Of a DNA stretch of 64,000 bases, positions 40,331-50,687 are shown piece by piece; position 1 is the stretch's first letter, and each line of letters begins with the position of its first letter. The stretch is taken from positions 5,248,001 through 5,312,000 of the forward strand of contig OZ242374.1 of assembly GCA_965209055.1 (NCBI GenBank), written 5' to 3'. The position numbers and the translations under genes are program-made. Under the pieces are notes generated by a model. That model saw only the letters and a list, made by a program, of their open reading frames with translations. It had not been told where the DNA came from and ran no database searches. The DNA is from Acidobacteriota bacterium (GTDB taxonomy: Bacteria; Acidobacteriota; UBA6911; RPQK01; JAJDTT01).

Positions 40331-41443
40331 GTGACATTTAAACCTCGCATTTTCAAACTCTTACAACTAGGCATCGTCTTGCCCGCCATGCTCTTCGTGC
40401 ACTTGTCCGCTACGGACCCGCGCGTCGATGCGCTGGCCAACGAGGTGCGGGACAAGGGGTGGATCATTTACAGCGCCCGCACGGAGAGCGGCGACTGGGA
40501 CCTTTACATGAGCCGTCCGGACGGCAGCCGGCGACTCAATCTGACGAATTCACCCGACCAGCACGAAATGGGGGCGCGGTTCTCGCCGAACGGGAAGAAG
40601 CTGCTCTACCGCCGGCTGGCCGTCGGCTCGACCTTTCACCATCTCAACTGGGGCCTGCAAGGATCTCTCGTCATCGCCAATTCCGATGGGAGTCACGCGG
40701 TTGAATTGGGCGGCAAGGGCGACTACCCGTGGGCTTCGTGGAGTCCGGACGGAAGGCAAGTCGCTTGCTTGTACAAGGCTGGGATCAGGATCCATGACAT
40801 CGAGACCGGATCTGTGGTGAGCAAGATGCCGCGCCAGGGCATCTACCAACAACTGTTCTGGTCCCCGGACGGGACTATGCTGTGCGGCCCGGCAAATCGA
40901 CAAGGAGACGCTTGGGGCGTCGTGCAGATTGAGATGAATACGGGGACGCTACACTCGGTCAGCGGTCCCGGCTGTTGCACCGGTGACTGGTTTCCTGATT
41001 CCGGGCGTCTGATCTATTCTCACCGTCCTGCCAATCAAGAAATCACGGACGGGGGTGAAATGGCTCGCCGCTCCGGTCAAAAGCTCGAACACGGGTGGAC
41101 CCAACTCTGGATGGCTGACAAGACCGGGCAAAACCGAAGCTTGGTCTATGGCGAGGATGGCCGTCATATCTACGGGGGCCAGGTATCGCCCGACGGGAAC
41201 TATGTTCTCTTTACGCGATCCCCTGAAGAAGACCTCAAGGTGATGCGGTCACAAACGGATCAGACCGGAGTGCGTCGAAAAGGCGCTCCCATGGCGCTGA
41301 TGCGATTGAGTGACGCTCCGACCATCGGTGGCGAAAGCAAGGCCCTTCGCAAACTGCACGCGGCAACCAAGGATGGACCCGTCTTGCATCTTCCCGAATC
41401 CTGGGAGCCCCATTGGACCTACTCTGAAGTTCGACGGAAGTGA
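40331..41443 (+). CDS. TolB-like (PD40 repeat) beta-propeller, secreted
   Basis: DLYMSRPDGS..NLT, FSPNGKKL, WSPDGRQV, WSPDGT and VSPDGNYVLF, with a signal peptide. Confidence 0.85.
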   Translation: MTFKPRIFKLLQLGIVLPAMLFVHLSATDPRVDALANEVRDKGWIIYSARTESGDWDLYMSRPDGSRRLNLTNSPDQHEMGARFSPNGKKLLYRRLAVGSTFHHLNWGLQGSLVIANSDGSHAVELGGKGDYPWASWSPDGRQVACLYKAGIRIHDIETGSVVSKMPRQGIYQQLFWSPDGTMLCGPANRQGDAWGVVQIEMNTGTLHSVSGPGCCTGDWFPDSGRLIYSHRPANQEITDGGEMARRSGQKLEHGWTQLWMADKTGQNRSLVYGEDGRHIYGGQVSPDGNYVLFTRSPEEDLKVMRSQTDQTGVRRKGAPMALMRLSDAPTIGGESKALRKLHAATKDGPVLHLPESWEPHWTYSEVRRK

Positions 41444-41925
41444 GACCGCTAATAAAGCTTTCTTCCGGTGGACGTTCCTTCACGTCCGGTCTGTTCCTGA
41501 TGGCGCTGTCATGGCCTGCGTGCAGCGGACCTCAGCAACTTTCCGGAATCGATGCTGAGATCACCACTGCGGGAAGTGTGGAGATTACCGCCGAACTCCT
41601 GGAGATTCCGGGCAAGTTCCCGCCCAACGATCTCTACGACTATGCCTACGTCCTGAAATACAAAGTCCGGGCAGTCCATCGCGGACAGGTCGGTTCCAAG
41701 AACATCCTGGTGGCCCACTACAATCCGCTGAAACTGCGTTCCGAGGCCGAGGATGAGTTCACGGGCAAAGTCGGTGGCACCGTGCGGCGTTTCAGAGAGG
41801 GAGACCTGCATCGTCTCGCCTTGGAGGAGCCACTCGATGACCACTACATGGGGGGTGTGATCGACAAGTTCCAGGAAGACGGGACCCGCTACTGGTCGGT
41901 CTGGGCCAACCTGGTCATAGAATAG
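41440..41925 (+). CDS. Hypothetical lipoprotein
   Basis: Lipobox-like SWPAC; GTGA overlap with the upstream gene; PPNDLYDYAYVLKYKV. Confidence 0.7.
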   Translation: MRPLIKLSSGGRSFTSGLFLMALSWPACSGPQQLSGIDAEITTAGSVEITAELLEIPGKFPPNDLYDYAYVLKYKVRAVHRGQVGSKNILVAHYNPLKLRSEAEDEFTGKVGGTVRRFREGDLHRLALEEPLDDHYMGGVIDKFQEDGTRYWSVWANLVIE

Positions 41926-41926
41926 C

Positions 41927-43330
41927 TTGGTCTTCACTTCTCATATCTTTGTCTTCTACTTCCTGCCTCTCGTCCTGTTCAGCTACTGGCTGATACCGCC
42001 CCGGTTCCGCAACCTCTTCCTGATCTTCGTCAGTTACCTGTTTTACGGATGGTGGAAGCCGTGGTTCGTGCTTCTGATGCTCGCATCGACCATCGTGGAC
42101 TATCTGTGCGGCAAGACCATCGCGAATCCGGCCACCTCGATACAGGGAAAAACCGCGGCGCTGGTGTGTTCGATCGCCGCCAACCTGGGGCTGCTGGGGT
42201 TTTTCAAGTACTACATGTTCTTCGGCGAGAACTTGAACACGCTGCTGAACCTGATTGGATCCGAGACCTTTTCAATCCTCCATATCACGCTTCCCATCGG
42301 CATTTCGTTCTACACCTTCCAATCCATGAGCTACACGATCGATGTCTACCGGGGCCGCGCGCCGGCGGTCCGGTCGTTCACCGACCTCGCGTGTTTCGTC
42401 AGCCTGTTTCCTCAACTCATTGCCGGGCCCATCGTCCGCTACCGCACGATCGCCGCCCAATTGGTGCGGCGGACTCACAACTGGGAGAGGCTCGCGTCCG
42501 GGGCCTCGCTTTTCATTCTCGGGTTTTCCAAGAAGATCCTGCTGGCAAATCCCATCGGCGCCGTTGCCGATGCCGTGTTCTGGGCTGAATCCGCAGGAGC
42601 ATTGGAAGCCTGGTTCGGCGTGACTGCCTACGCCTTCCAAATCTACTTTGACTTTTCGGGTTACTCGGATATGGCTCTCGGCCTGGGACGCATCCTGGGC
42701 TTTGACTTCCCCAGGAATTTCGCCTCTCCCTATCGCGCCGAAAGCATTACCGATTTCTGGAGACGGTGGCACATCTCGCTCTCCACGTTCCTGCGGGATT
42801 ACCTGTACATCCCACTGGGGGGAAATCGGAAGGGTCCCTCCCGCACCTACGTCAATCTAATGATCGTGATGTTGGTCGGGGGGCTTTGGCATGGAGCCGG
42901 CTGGACCTTTCTGGTGTGGGGAGCCTACCACGGCGCCTTGTTGGGCATGGAGAGATGGAACGGCAAGGGCAGTTTCTATGCCTTCCTGCCGGTTCCCGCC
43001 AGAAAGGGCGCGACTTTCGTACTGGTCCTTTTCTCGTGGGTCCTCTTTCGCGCCCCAAACCTGGGCCAGGCGGGAGACTATCTGGGCTTCATGTTCGGCT
43101 TCCATTCCGAACAGGCTTCAGCAGCGCTGCTCTCGGCCCAGATCTTTACTCCGGCCAATGTTCTCATCTTTGCCGTCGCAGGCGTGTTCGCCTTCGGCCC
43201 CGCCGAGGCCGAGCCGTGGACCCGCCGTCTTTCCTGGCCAAAAGTCATGGCCTTGCTATGCCTTTTCCTGGGCTCCCTGATGGTGATGTCCGGTCAAGCC
43301 TTCAATCCTTTTCTCTATTTTCAGTTTTGA
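41927..43330 (+). CDS. MBOAT-family O-acyltransferase (AlgI/DltB-like)
   Basis: LPIGISFYTFQSMSY, FPQLIAGPI, QIYFDFSGYSDMA, FWRRWHISLS, GLWHGA and PFLYFQF. Confidence 0.95.
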   Translation: MVFTSHIFVFYFLPLVLFSYWLIPPRFRNLFLIFVSYLFYGWWKPWFVLLMLASTIVDYLCGKTIANPATSIQGKTAALVCSIAANLGLLGFFKYYMFFGENLNTLLNLIGSETFSILHITLPIGISFYTFQSMSYTIDVYRGRAPAVRSFTDLACFVSLFPQLIAGPIVRYRTIAAQLVRRTHNWERLASGASLFILGFSKKILLANPIGAVADAVFWAESAGALEAWFGVTAYAFQIYFDFSGYSDMALGLGRILGFDFPRNFASPYRAESITDFWRRWHISLSTFLRDYLYIPLGGNRKGPSRTYVNLMIVMLVGGLWHGAGWTFLVWGAYHGALLGMERWNGKGSFYAFLPVPARKGATFVLVLFSWVLFRAPNLGQAGDYLGFMFGFHSEQASAALLSAQIFTPANVLIFAVAGVFAFGPAEAEPWTRRLSWPKVMALLCLFLGSLMVMSGQAFNPFLYFQF

Positions 43331-43337
43331 GGCATCC

Positions 43338-44498
43338 ATGGTGGAACTGAAATACCGATTTCTGGTGACGGCATTTTTCGCCGTGATCGGCTTCGTTCCC
43401 GCATCTCAGGTCGTGTTCGAGTGGACGCAGGGTGATCGACCTGTCGTGGCCGAATTGGTGTTGAACGTGCCCGCGGAGCAGCATCTCAGAGACGTCGAGG
43501 ACGAAATCGAGGAGACCTCCTGGTTCGCCCGAAACTCCCGCTCATTGGCGCAGAATATCTGGTTCCGACTGTCCGGGGAACCCGGGAGCAACGTCTTGGT
43601 CGGGCGCGACGGCTGGCTGTTCTATCTTCCCACAGTCCGTTTCCTGGTCGAGTCATTCCCGCCGGGCAAGGATCGGCAACCCGACTTCCAGGATCCCTTC
43701 GCCGCCATCATCGACTTTCATCGGCAGTTGGCCGATCGCGGAATCCAACTGTTGGTGGTGCCGGTCCCCGGCAAGGCCAGCATCTATCCCGAACGGGTCA
43801 GCTCTCGAGCCGATCCCCAGAAGATCGCGCATTCCTCCCATACGCTGGAGTTCCTCTCCCGATTGAACGACGCGGGGATACCAACGATCGATCTCTTTGG
43901 GACTTTCCATCAGGAGCGACGGCGGGACCGCTCAACCAACGGAGAGCCCCTCTATCTCTCGCAAGACACGCATTGGACGCCGGAGGGAGCCGGATTGGCC
44001 ACTCAGGCCGTGGCGCGTAGAGTCTTGAGAGAGGGTTGGGTGACCGCGGGTTCGAAAGAATACGCTCAAAAGGCGGTTACAGCGGCTCGCCGCAGCGACA
44101 TTCTCAGAATGGCGCGTTCACCTTCGATCGAAAGGCTCTTTCCTCCCCAGGAGGTCACCTGCCGGCAGGTGTTCGAATCGGATACTGGAAACCTCTACCA
44201 GGACGATCCCGATTCCCCGGTCCTCGTCCTCGGGGACAGCTTCTTGAGGATCTACCAGACTGACAATCCTAAGGCCGCGGGCTTTCTGGCGCATCTCGCC
44301 AGGAACCTGAGACGTCCGGTCGCGTCGATCGTCAACGACGGAGGCGCGTCCACGTTGGTCCGGCAACAGTTGAGCAGAAACCCCGAACTTCTGGAGGGCA
44401 AGAAACTAGTCGTTTGGGAGTTTGTTGAGAGGGACCTGCGCTTCGGAATGGAGGGCTGGCAGAAGATTCCAATTCCTTCCAATTCGGGCTGCCGATAG
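43338..44498 (+). CDS. AlgJ/AlgX-like SGNH O-acetyltransferase
   Basis: VGRDGWLF, VPGKASIYPE, DTHWTPEG, LGDSF and VWEFVER. Confidence 0.88.
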   Translation: MVELKYRFLVTAFFAVIGFVPASQVVFEWTQGDRPVVAELVLNVPAEQHLRDVEDEIEETSWFARNSRSLAQNIWFRLSGEPGSNVLVGRDGWLFYLPTVRFLVESFPPGKDRQPDFQDPFAAIIDFHRQLADRGIQLLVVPVPGKASIYPERVSSRADPQKIAHSSHTLEFLSRLNDAGIPTIDLFGTFHQERRRDRSTNGEPLYLSQDTHWTPEGAGLATQAVARRVLREGWVTAGSKEYAQKAVTAARRSDILRMARSPSIERLFPPQEVTCRQVFESDTGNLYQDDPDSPVLVLGDSFLRIYQTDNPKAAGFLAHLARNLRRPVASIVNDGGASTLVRQQLSRNPELLEGKKLVVWEFVERDLRFGMEGWQKIPIPSNSGCR

Positions 44499-44555
44499 GC
44501 ACCCGGGAAATCCCGGCCACCGGAATTTCCTGTCTTTCATTCAGGTTACGACATG

Positions 44556-44672
44556 TGGAGCGGCGGTTTCCTAACCGCCGATTCCTGAGCTGGAGGGCCA
44601 TGCGAACAGGACCGGACGATTAGGAAATCACCCTTCCTCATGCGGAGCGCCGGTTTCCAAACCGCCGGACTC
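44556..44672. repeat. REP cluster (same family as 3851-4150)
   Basis: GGAGCGGCGGTTTCCTAACCGCC, a degenerate partner, and GGAGCGCCGGTTTCCAAACCG, between convergent genes. Confidence 0.8.
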
Positions 44673-44765
44673 CCGCAATACAAGAGTCACGACGGACAAG
44701 AATTGCGATCTGTACGTTTGGCTCGTATTCACCCCCGCTACCTCAAGGCGTACGGGAAAAGGCTC

Positions 44766-45098
44766 TCAACGGTGCGCGGGCGCTTCTTCAACGACCCCAC
44801 GCGGATGAACCTCGATTTGCACGTCCACGCGCTGGCCGAGCTTATTGAGGACGGTCATCAGTCGGTCAATGGTGAAACGGTCAAGCTGTACGTTGCGAAT
44901 GCGGGTAAAGTCCGCATGATTGACACCGGTACGGCCCTCGGCCTTGCGGGTTGAAAGCCCCTCATCGTCAAGAATGCCAATGATGCGGGCGGCCAAAAGC
45001 GCCTTGGTCTGCTGCACGTCGGCGTCAGCGCGGCCGAAATCGCGGAAGACATTGCCGCTCCCGTGCACCAACTCAAAATCCTCGTCTGCCTTGCCCAT
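44766..45098 (-). CDS. XRE-family HTH antitoxin (HigA-like)
   Basis: GSGNVFRDFG..DA...KALLAA and RFTIDRLMTVL. Confidence 0.9.
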   Translation of the reverse strand: MGKADEDFELVHGSGNVFRDFGRADADVQQTKALLAARIIGILDDEGLSTRKAEGRTGVNHADFTRIRNVQLDRFTIDRLMTVLNKLGQRVDVQIEVHPRGVVEEAPAHR

Positions 45099-45448
45099 TG
45101 CCGTAACTCCTTCTTCAAGCGTTTTAGCCGCACACCGATTAGATCAATATCCTTCTTCGGGGTCTTGATGCCCTGCTTCGCCTTCTTCTGGAAGGCGTGC
45201 AAAACCCAAACCCGCTCCTCAAGGCGCAGAGCATAGACTGCCCGATACGCATCGGAGCGGTGCCGGAGCGCCACCTCGAATATGCCGGAGCCGAAACCCT
45301 TCAGGGGCTTGGCGATGTCGGCCTTGCGACCCTCGGCCGCGACCGTCAGCGCCCGCATGATCGCGATCTGCGGCCCCTCGGGAAAGCCGTCGAAAGCCTT
45401 GCGCGCCGCCTTGATCCACGAAATTGGCCGGGTATCTCTGCTTCTCAT
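44858..45448 (-). CDS. RelE/HigB (Gp49-like) type II toxin with apparent stop-loss extension
   Basis: KPLKGFGSGIFEV...AYRAVY...VLHAFQKK..GIKTP. The expected stop at 45095-45097 reads TGG. Confidence 0.85.
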   Translation of the reverse strand: MRSRDTRPISWIKAARKAFDGFPEGPQIAIMRALTVAAEGRKADIAKPLKGFGSGIFEVALRHRSDAYRAVYALRLEERVWVLHAFQKKAKQGIKTPKKDIDLIGVRLKRLKKELRQWARQTRILSWCTGAAMSSAISAALTPTCSRPRRFWPPASLAFLTMRGFQPARPRAVPVSIMRTLPAFATYSLTVSPLTD

Positions 45449-45534
45449 GAGGGGTGGTGGTAAATATACCACCAGTCGCAATTTCGGGCAAATCTTCCCG
45501 ATAGTAGGAATCCCGCTCTGAGGATATTTGCAAG

Positions 45535-48042
45535 CTACGTTCGCCCGATCAATCGGAGCCGGGCCACAAGCGCTCGTCCCTGGGCTGCTCCAAAGGTCAT
45601 GAAATTCGGCGAATCCACATTATTGTCCACCACTGTAGGATTTTCGCGGCCTGTCACGTCATTGAAGCCCACTCCTAGAGCCCAATAGCGACCCAGCAGC
45701 CGGATTCGGCGCTCCACATGGATGTTCAACGAGAAATAGTCGGGAAAGCGCTGTGAATTGGGCAGTCCTACAAGGGCCTGGTCTTCATTGACCAGGCTGA
45801 AAGGAAACCCATCCCTCCATTCCAACGAATAGGCGAGCTGCAGGTCCTTTGGCAAAATCAGCCAACCCCATGCAATAACACGGTTGGGAGTATCCCAAGG
45901 CTGCGGACCTTCAGCCTGAGACCCGACAATGATGTTGTCGATATCAAACTCGAATACATGACTGGAACGGCTGCTGGCGCGAGTGTAGGAAGCGAGAAAG
46001 CTGGATCGATTTTCAATTGCGTGCCGCACCGTGATTTGAATCGCTGTGTAGCGGTCTTTGCGGACGTTGCGCAGCCCAAGGGTCCTGGGCCGGCTTGTTG
46101 GCTGCCGGCTTTGTTGAATGAAAGCCAGTCCGTCTCTGCCTCTCTTCTGCTGGTATTCCCCGTGCAGATGGATTCCGGCGGGCAATTTCTGCTCCAGGCC
46201 CAGACTCCAGTTCAGAAATCGGGGTGCCCTCAAGGTCTCTTGATTTGCAAGCAACCTGGTTTCAATGGGTGGTCCGGCTGGAGATGTGCCGTCCTCTGCG
46301 TAGACCTGGTCCATTCGTCGACCTGCGGCGGGGCGACTTAGAATGCTCAGGTTCGTCGCGTCATAAAAAATCCCGATTCCTCCCGTCACCTGGCTACTCT
46401 CGTTGTCAGTCAACAGGTAGCTCGAGGCCAGGCGAGGGGAAATCAGCGGTTGCCGAATCGTCTTGTCCCAGTCGAATCGCAGTCCCAGTTCCAGCAACCA
46501 GCGATCTGACAATGACCAACGATCCTGCCCGAACAGGCCAACCTCCCAGTTATTTCGGTCGATGTCCGAGCCTCCCGTAAACGTCGTCTCTCGGGAGAGG
46601 GTGCCGTCTTCGCGAAAAACGAGTATGGGTCGCCGATTCTCCGATTTCTGAAAACCGATGCGATCAAGATCCGTTCCGATTTTGAACTGGTGCCGGCCAT
46701 GCCAATGGTGGGTTGGCCAGGTGAAATTCGCGATCCACTGAAGACGTTGAGCGCCTTCCTCGGTCTGCCTGAAAAAGTTTCCTCCGCTACCGCCAGGTTT
46801 GATTTGGTACGGAGAGTCACCGAGTGGCTGCTCGTTCGTCGTGAACTCGTTCACGGCAAATCCGATCTCCAACAGAGCCCCGGAAAGGTAGATCTGGTCC
46901 TTTAACGTCACCAGGTAGGCTTGGTCCCTGCGCTGACGAGTCGTCTCCAACGGATCGAATCGAGACAAGCCCAGGTGATCGGATTCAAATCGATTGCCAA
47001 CAAATCCGGCAGTCAAAATATTGGATGGTGTCAGATTGATTTGGACTCCGGCCAGATTGTTCCATCGCCAGGCGCGGTTTCGGTCCTGACCCTGAGGCAA
47101 TTCCCTTACAACGTCCAAATTGTACTCGCCCTGCAACCCCAGAAAGAACCAGGCTGTACTTTTGCGGAGCGGCCCGGAAAAATTCATTCTCGGTGTCCAG
47201 GCGTTGATATGTACGCCCTTGCGGTCTTGAAGAGAAGGAATGAAATTGGTAGCCGAAAAGCGATACTGATCGTCTCCTGTCGCAGTCGTAAAATTGACAA
47301 TCCCACCTGATGCTTTCCCGTACTCGGCTGAGTAGCGGCTGTCCACCACCTGAATCGACCGGACGGCATCGGGACTGAATCGAAGGCGCTGTGTGCCGCC
47401 GGCCGGGTGAGTGACATTGAATCCATCCAATTGATCACGAGTCTGATAGGCCGCCGATCCACTGACGTGGATTTGTCCGTTATTGTCCTTGACCACGCCA
47501 GCGAGGAACGGCAAGGCGTTTCGGACGTCCCGGGTTGTCGGGTAAGGGAGGTTTACTATTTCTCTAGCGTCCAGGGATTCGCTGCTGACGGTCTGACTCG
47601 GATCTATGGACGATGGGGAATAAACCACATCTACGCCGTCGGAGACCTCTCTGTAGTGATTGAGCGTGACTTCTACAGCTTCTGTTTCGGGGACCGGTAC
47701 AGGATCACGGTGTGCGACATAGAAGCCTTTCTTTTCAACCTGAAGCCGGTAGGAGGAGCGGGCCAGATTGATGAACCTGCATTGCCCGATCAAGTCTGTT
47801 TTTGCTTTCGACACGGATAGGGTTCCTTGGTGGACCAGTGTCACCTGGGCGCCTTCGACAGCCTGGCCATTCTCATCAAGGACTTTGATCAAAAGCTTTA
47901 TGTTCTTTTTTTCATCTTCGTCCTCCGGGGTCGAATCGTCGCAATTGACTGTGGCACTCTCGACAGTTGCGGGACTCTCACCCATGGTGCCGACGGGGAG
48001 AAAGGAAAAAAGGATTCCGAAAACCAGGCCTTGACCGGCCAT
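45535..48042 (-). CDS. TonB-dependent receptor with carboxypeptidase-like N-domain
   Basis: VLDENGQAVEGAQVTL, YRLQVEKKGF, YSAEYGKASGG, FGQDRW..LELGLRFD and SPRL. Confidence 0.88.
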   Translation of the reverse strand: MAGQGLVFGILFSFLPVGTMGESPATVESATVNCDDSTPEDEDEKKNIKLLIKVLDENGQAVEGAQVTLVHQGTLSVSKAKTDLIGQCRFINLARSSYRLQVEKKGFYVAHRDPVPVPETEAVEVTLNHYREVSDGVDVVYSPSSIDPSQTVSSESLDAREIVNLPYPTTRDVRNALPFLAGVVKDNNGQIHVSGSAAYQTRDQLDGFNVTHPAGGTQRLRFSPDAVRSIQVVDSRYSAEYGKASGGIVNFTTATGDDQYRFSATNFIPSLQDRKGVHINAWTPRMNFSGPLRKSTAWFFLGLQGEYNLDVVRELPQGQDRNRAWRWNNLAGVQINLTPSNILTAGFVGNRFESDHLGLSRFDPLETTRQRRDQAYLVTLKDQIYLSGALLEIGFAVNEFTTNEQPLGDSPYQIKPGGSGGNFFRQTEEGAQRLQWIANFTWPTHHWHGRHQFKIGTDLDRIGFQKSENRRPILVFREDGTLSRETTFTGGSDIDRNNWEVGLFGQDRWSLSDRWLLELGLRFDWDKTIRQPLISPRLASSYLLTDNESSQVTGGIGIFYDATNLSILSRPAAGRRMDQVYAEDGTSPAGPPIETRLLANQETLRAPRFLNWSLGLEQKLPAGIHLHGEYQQKRGRDGLAFIQQSRQPTSRPRTLGLRNVRKDRYTAIQITVRHAIENRSSFLASYTRASSRSSHVFEFDIDNIIVGSQAEGPQPWDTPNRVIAWGWLILPKDLQLAYSLEWRDGFPFSLVNEDQALVGLPNSQRFPDYFSLNIHVERRIRLLGRYWALGVGFNDVTGRENPTVVDNNVDSPNFMTFGAAQGRALVARLRLIGRT

Positions 48043-48102
48043 TGGCGCTCAACTGCCCTGTAGCTGTGATCTCTGTCGGAAGAAGGAAATGATCCGCCGG
48101 AG

Positions 48103-50592
48103 TCAGAACTTCAGCTCCTCCAGCTTGTCCCGCATGGAGTCGATGTAGAACTGCCAGGAGGATTGGTCCCCGCCGCTGGGGTCCGTCATTTCGAAAGTAA
48201 AGTTCTCGTCCTTGAAGCTCTCGACATCAGCGACGAGGCGTTTCGACTCTTCCAGCGCCTTGGTGACGGAATCGGTTTCGGCGTCATGGTGGAGTTGGAA
48301 GACACGATACAGAGCGGCTACAGCGGCCGAGAACCGGTACCCGAGTTCAAGGCGTTTGGAAAGATGACTCAAGTCTTCCTTGTTACCGGCCGTCAACCCG
48401 GCCACCTGAAGCGCCTTCTCCACATCCGCCTTCGCCTCGCGGGTCACTTCCGCACGCAGTCTCCAGATTCCCTCCAGTTTGCGATAAAGATCCTGAGTTG
48501 AGATGTCCGGACCGCCACCGGCGTTCCGCGCGAAACCAACCAGAGTTTTCCCGATCTGGGTATCGGCCAGGTTCTTCTCCCAGGTTCGCTGCGCGTTGGC
48601 CAAGTTGTAGAACATGGTGTTCATGGGGTAGATCTTGGACAGCGTCCAGCGGCCATGGCCCTCCTGGTAATAGCCGGGAGAAGCGAAGTCCCGCTGCTCG
48701 CGGGAGCGCCGGAAGTACTGATACATGTACCCACCCGCTTCGTCGCCATAGAGCTCGCGGCAGGCTTCACCCAGGAAACCTGATTCCGAGAAGATCTCTT
48801 CCGGCTCAACCAGGTTCTCCTGGTACTCCCGGAGACGGCGCTCGGTTTCGACCTGGATGGTCGGCTGCAGGAAGAAGTCCCGGGCCTTGAGATTCCATGC
48901 ATACTCGGCATTGAGAAGTTGCTGCGGTTCCTGTGCGAAGGTGCCTGAAAAGTTGTACAGCGTGGTGGCCCCGGCAAAACTGGTGCTGGCAACAGGGGCT
49001 GCCATAAAGGTGGAATCGGAATTGTAGTAGTTGGCTCCCTCCACCACGAAAACATAACTGCCGAAATTCAAGCCCAGCTCACGCAGTTTCTCGTGCAGAC
49101 GAAGTGGCCAGGTGTCTTCCGGCCCCTGGAAGGGAAACATCTCTCGAAACCCGCCCTGAACCCTGGGCCCCTGATGCTTGAGCTGCTTGAAGATGTTCAC
49201 CCAGAGTTCCTGGACGTTGTTCCAATCCTGGCGCGCCGCTTCAATGGAGTCGTGATGGCGGGGTGTCTCTCCCACTCCGAAGGCCATGTAGGAGGGTGAA
49301 ATCAGGACAACGATGCAGTCCCTGGAGGCGTCGTAGCCGGATTCCTGGTTTTTGACCGAAAAGATGGCGTCCAGCAGCGTATTGTACCCGTGGGCGAGAG
49401 CTCCCGCCCCACCGTCCATCGCCTTCAGATCGTCGTTGGGCCAGCGTTTCCGGCAGCTTTCAGCGCGAACCATCCATTCGACCTGAGTGTCCGGATAGTT
49501 GCTGAGATCCTCGTGGTGGATGTACAGGGCTCCGGGCTCAACGGACCTCACAAAAGCGGCAAGTTCCTCCTGTTTGAGCCGGTTCAACGCTTCGTTGCTG
49601 CGGCAGGTGCCCAGGGTTCGGGGCGGGAACCGCTTGTTCTCATGGGCCATGCCGATACAGGAGTAGATCTCCCCGTCCGGATAGGAACGGCGATTGTAGA
49701 AGAGTTTCCCGCGGTAGGCCGGGGTGTTGAAGAAGCCCTGGTAGGTTCCCAACCCGTAACCGGCCCCATATCCCCCGAAGAACAAGTGGATGCCGCGCTC
49801 TCTGGCATACTTGTTGATGGATCGCATCAGAGCCGCGTACTCCGGTTCCAGCGTCCAGCCGAAACCGTCGAAGGTGACTGCGTTGATCTTGTATTTCAGG
49901 CAAAAGTCGAGTTTTCTCTTGATCCGCCGGATGAAGTTGGCCTCACCGTCTCCATAGTCATATCCCCAGCGGTTGCCCTCCACGTTCTGCAACCAGTCGG
50001 CCGCCTCGCGGTATTGGATATCCGGAAAGTCGCGGATGTGAACTCGCGCCAGTTCCAGGCGGCCGGAGCGGGATTCCAACAACTGAATCAGGGTCGCCGC
50101 CGCATAGAGGGCTCCCTGATCGGTAGTGCCCACCAGGTACGCGTCTTGTTTTGCGATTCGGATGACGTAGCTCTGTTCCGTTTCTGCGGCATCGCGGAGA
50201 ACGCTGATGTCTTCGCTGTCCAGATTCACCGAGTCGGACAGGGCGACCTGCCCGTCTCGCCAAACCTGGAGACGAATGGTCAGAGCGGCTTTTTCAGCCG
50301 GGTTCGCGGATTGCCCGGTGGATGCCAGGACGTTAGTGCCTGACAATTCGGCGAGCCGTTCCCGTATGAGTTGAGCAGCCAACTGCAGTTTGGGGGATGG
50401 ATTGTCGGGTAGCGCGATGGCGACGCTTCCCGGGCGTTCAGGGATGAGAACGGGGTCGCCGGCCACAACCATCGATTGCGGGTCCGGGATTACGTAGGGC
50501 AGCCGAGCCGAATCGTCTTCGGAAGACCGACAGCTATGGACCAGCATCATGCCCATTGCCGCGGCCACTGTGAGAAACAGTCTCTGGGACAT
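48103..50592 (-). CDS. GH20-N-domain putative glycoside hydrolase, paralogue C (lipoprotein)
   Basis: GGAGGAG RBS; lipobox VHSC; VIPDPQ, GALYAAATLIQL, IRDFPDIQYR and LYIHHED. Confidence 0.75.
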   Translation of the reverse strand: MSQRLFLTVAAAMGMMLVHSCRSSEDDSARLPYVIPDPQSMVVAGDPVLIPERPGSVAIALPDNPSPKLQLAAQLIRERLAELSGTNVLASTGQSANPAEKAALTIRLQVWRDGQVALSDSVNLDSEDISVLRDAAETEQSYVIRIAKQDAYLVGTTDQGALYAAATLIQLLESRSGRLELARVHIRDFPDIQYREAADWLQNVEGNRWGYDYGDGEANFIRRIKRKLDFCLKYKINAVTFDGFGWTLEPEYAALMRSINKYARERGIHLFFGGYGAGYGLGTYQGFFNTPAYRGKLFYNRRSYPDGEIYSCIGMAHENKRFPPRTLGTCRSNEALNRLKQEELAAFVRSVEPGALYIHHEDLSNYPDTQVEWMVRAESCRKRWPNDDLKAMDGGAGALAHGYNTLLDAIFSVKNQESGYDASRDCIVVLISPSYMAFGVGETPRHHDSIEAARQDWNNVQELWVNIFKQLKHQGPRVQGGFREMFPFQGPEDTWPLRLHEKLRELGLNFGSYVFVVEGANYYNSDSTFMAAPVASTSFAGATTLYNFSGTFAQEPQQLLNAEYAWNLKARDFFLQPTIQVETERRLREYQENLVEPEEIFSESGFLGEACRELYGDEAGGYMYQYFRRSREQRDFASPGYYQEGHGRWTLSKIYPMNTMFYNLANAQRTWEKNLADTQIGKTLVGFARNAGGGPDISTQDLYRKLEGIWRLRAEVTREAKADVEKALQVAGLTAGNKEDLSHLSKRLELGYRFSAAVAALYRVFQLHHDAETDSVTKALEESKRLVADVESFKDENFTFEMTDPSGGDQSSWQFYIDSMRDKLEELKF

Positions 50593-50608
50593 TGCTTGAT
50601 CTCCTCCA

Positions 50609-50686
50609 AGGAGCGATTTCAAATCGCCCATTCTTCGTCGCCAAGTTGTCACATCGGAGTTCGGCGGTTGGGAAACCGCCGCTCCG
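50609..50686. repeat. REP doublet filling the intergenic gap between paralogues D and C
   Basis: GGAGCGATTTCAAATCGCCC...GGCGGTTGGGAAACCGCCGCTCC. Confidence 0.85.
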
Positions 50687-50687
50687 C

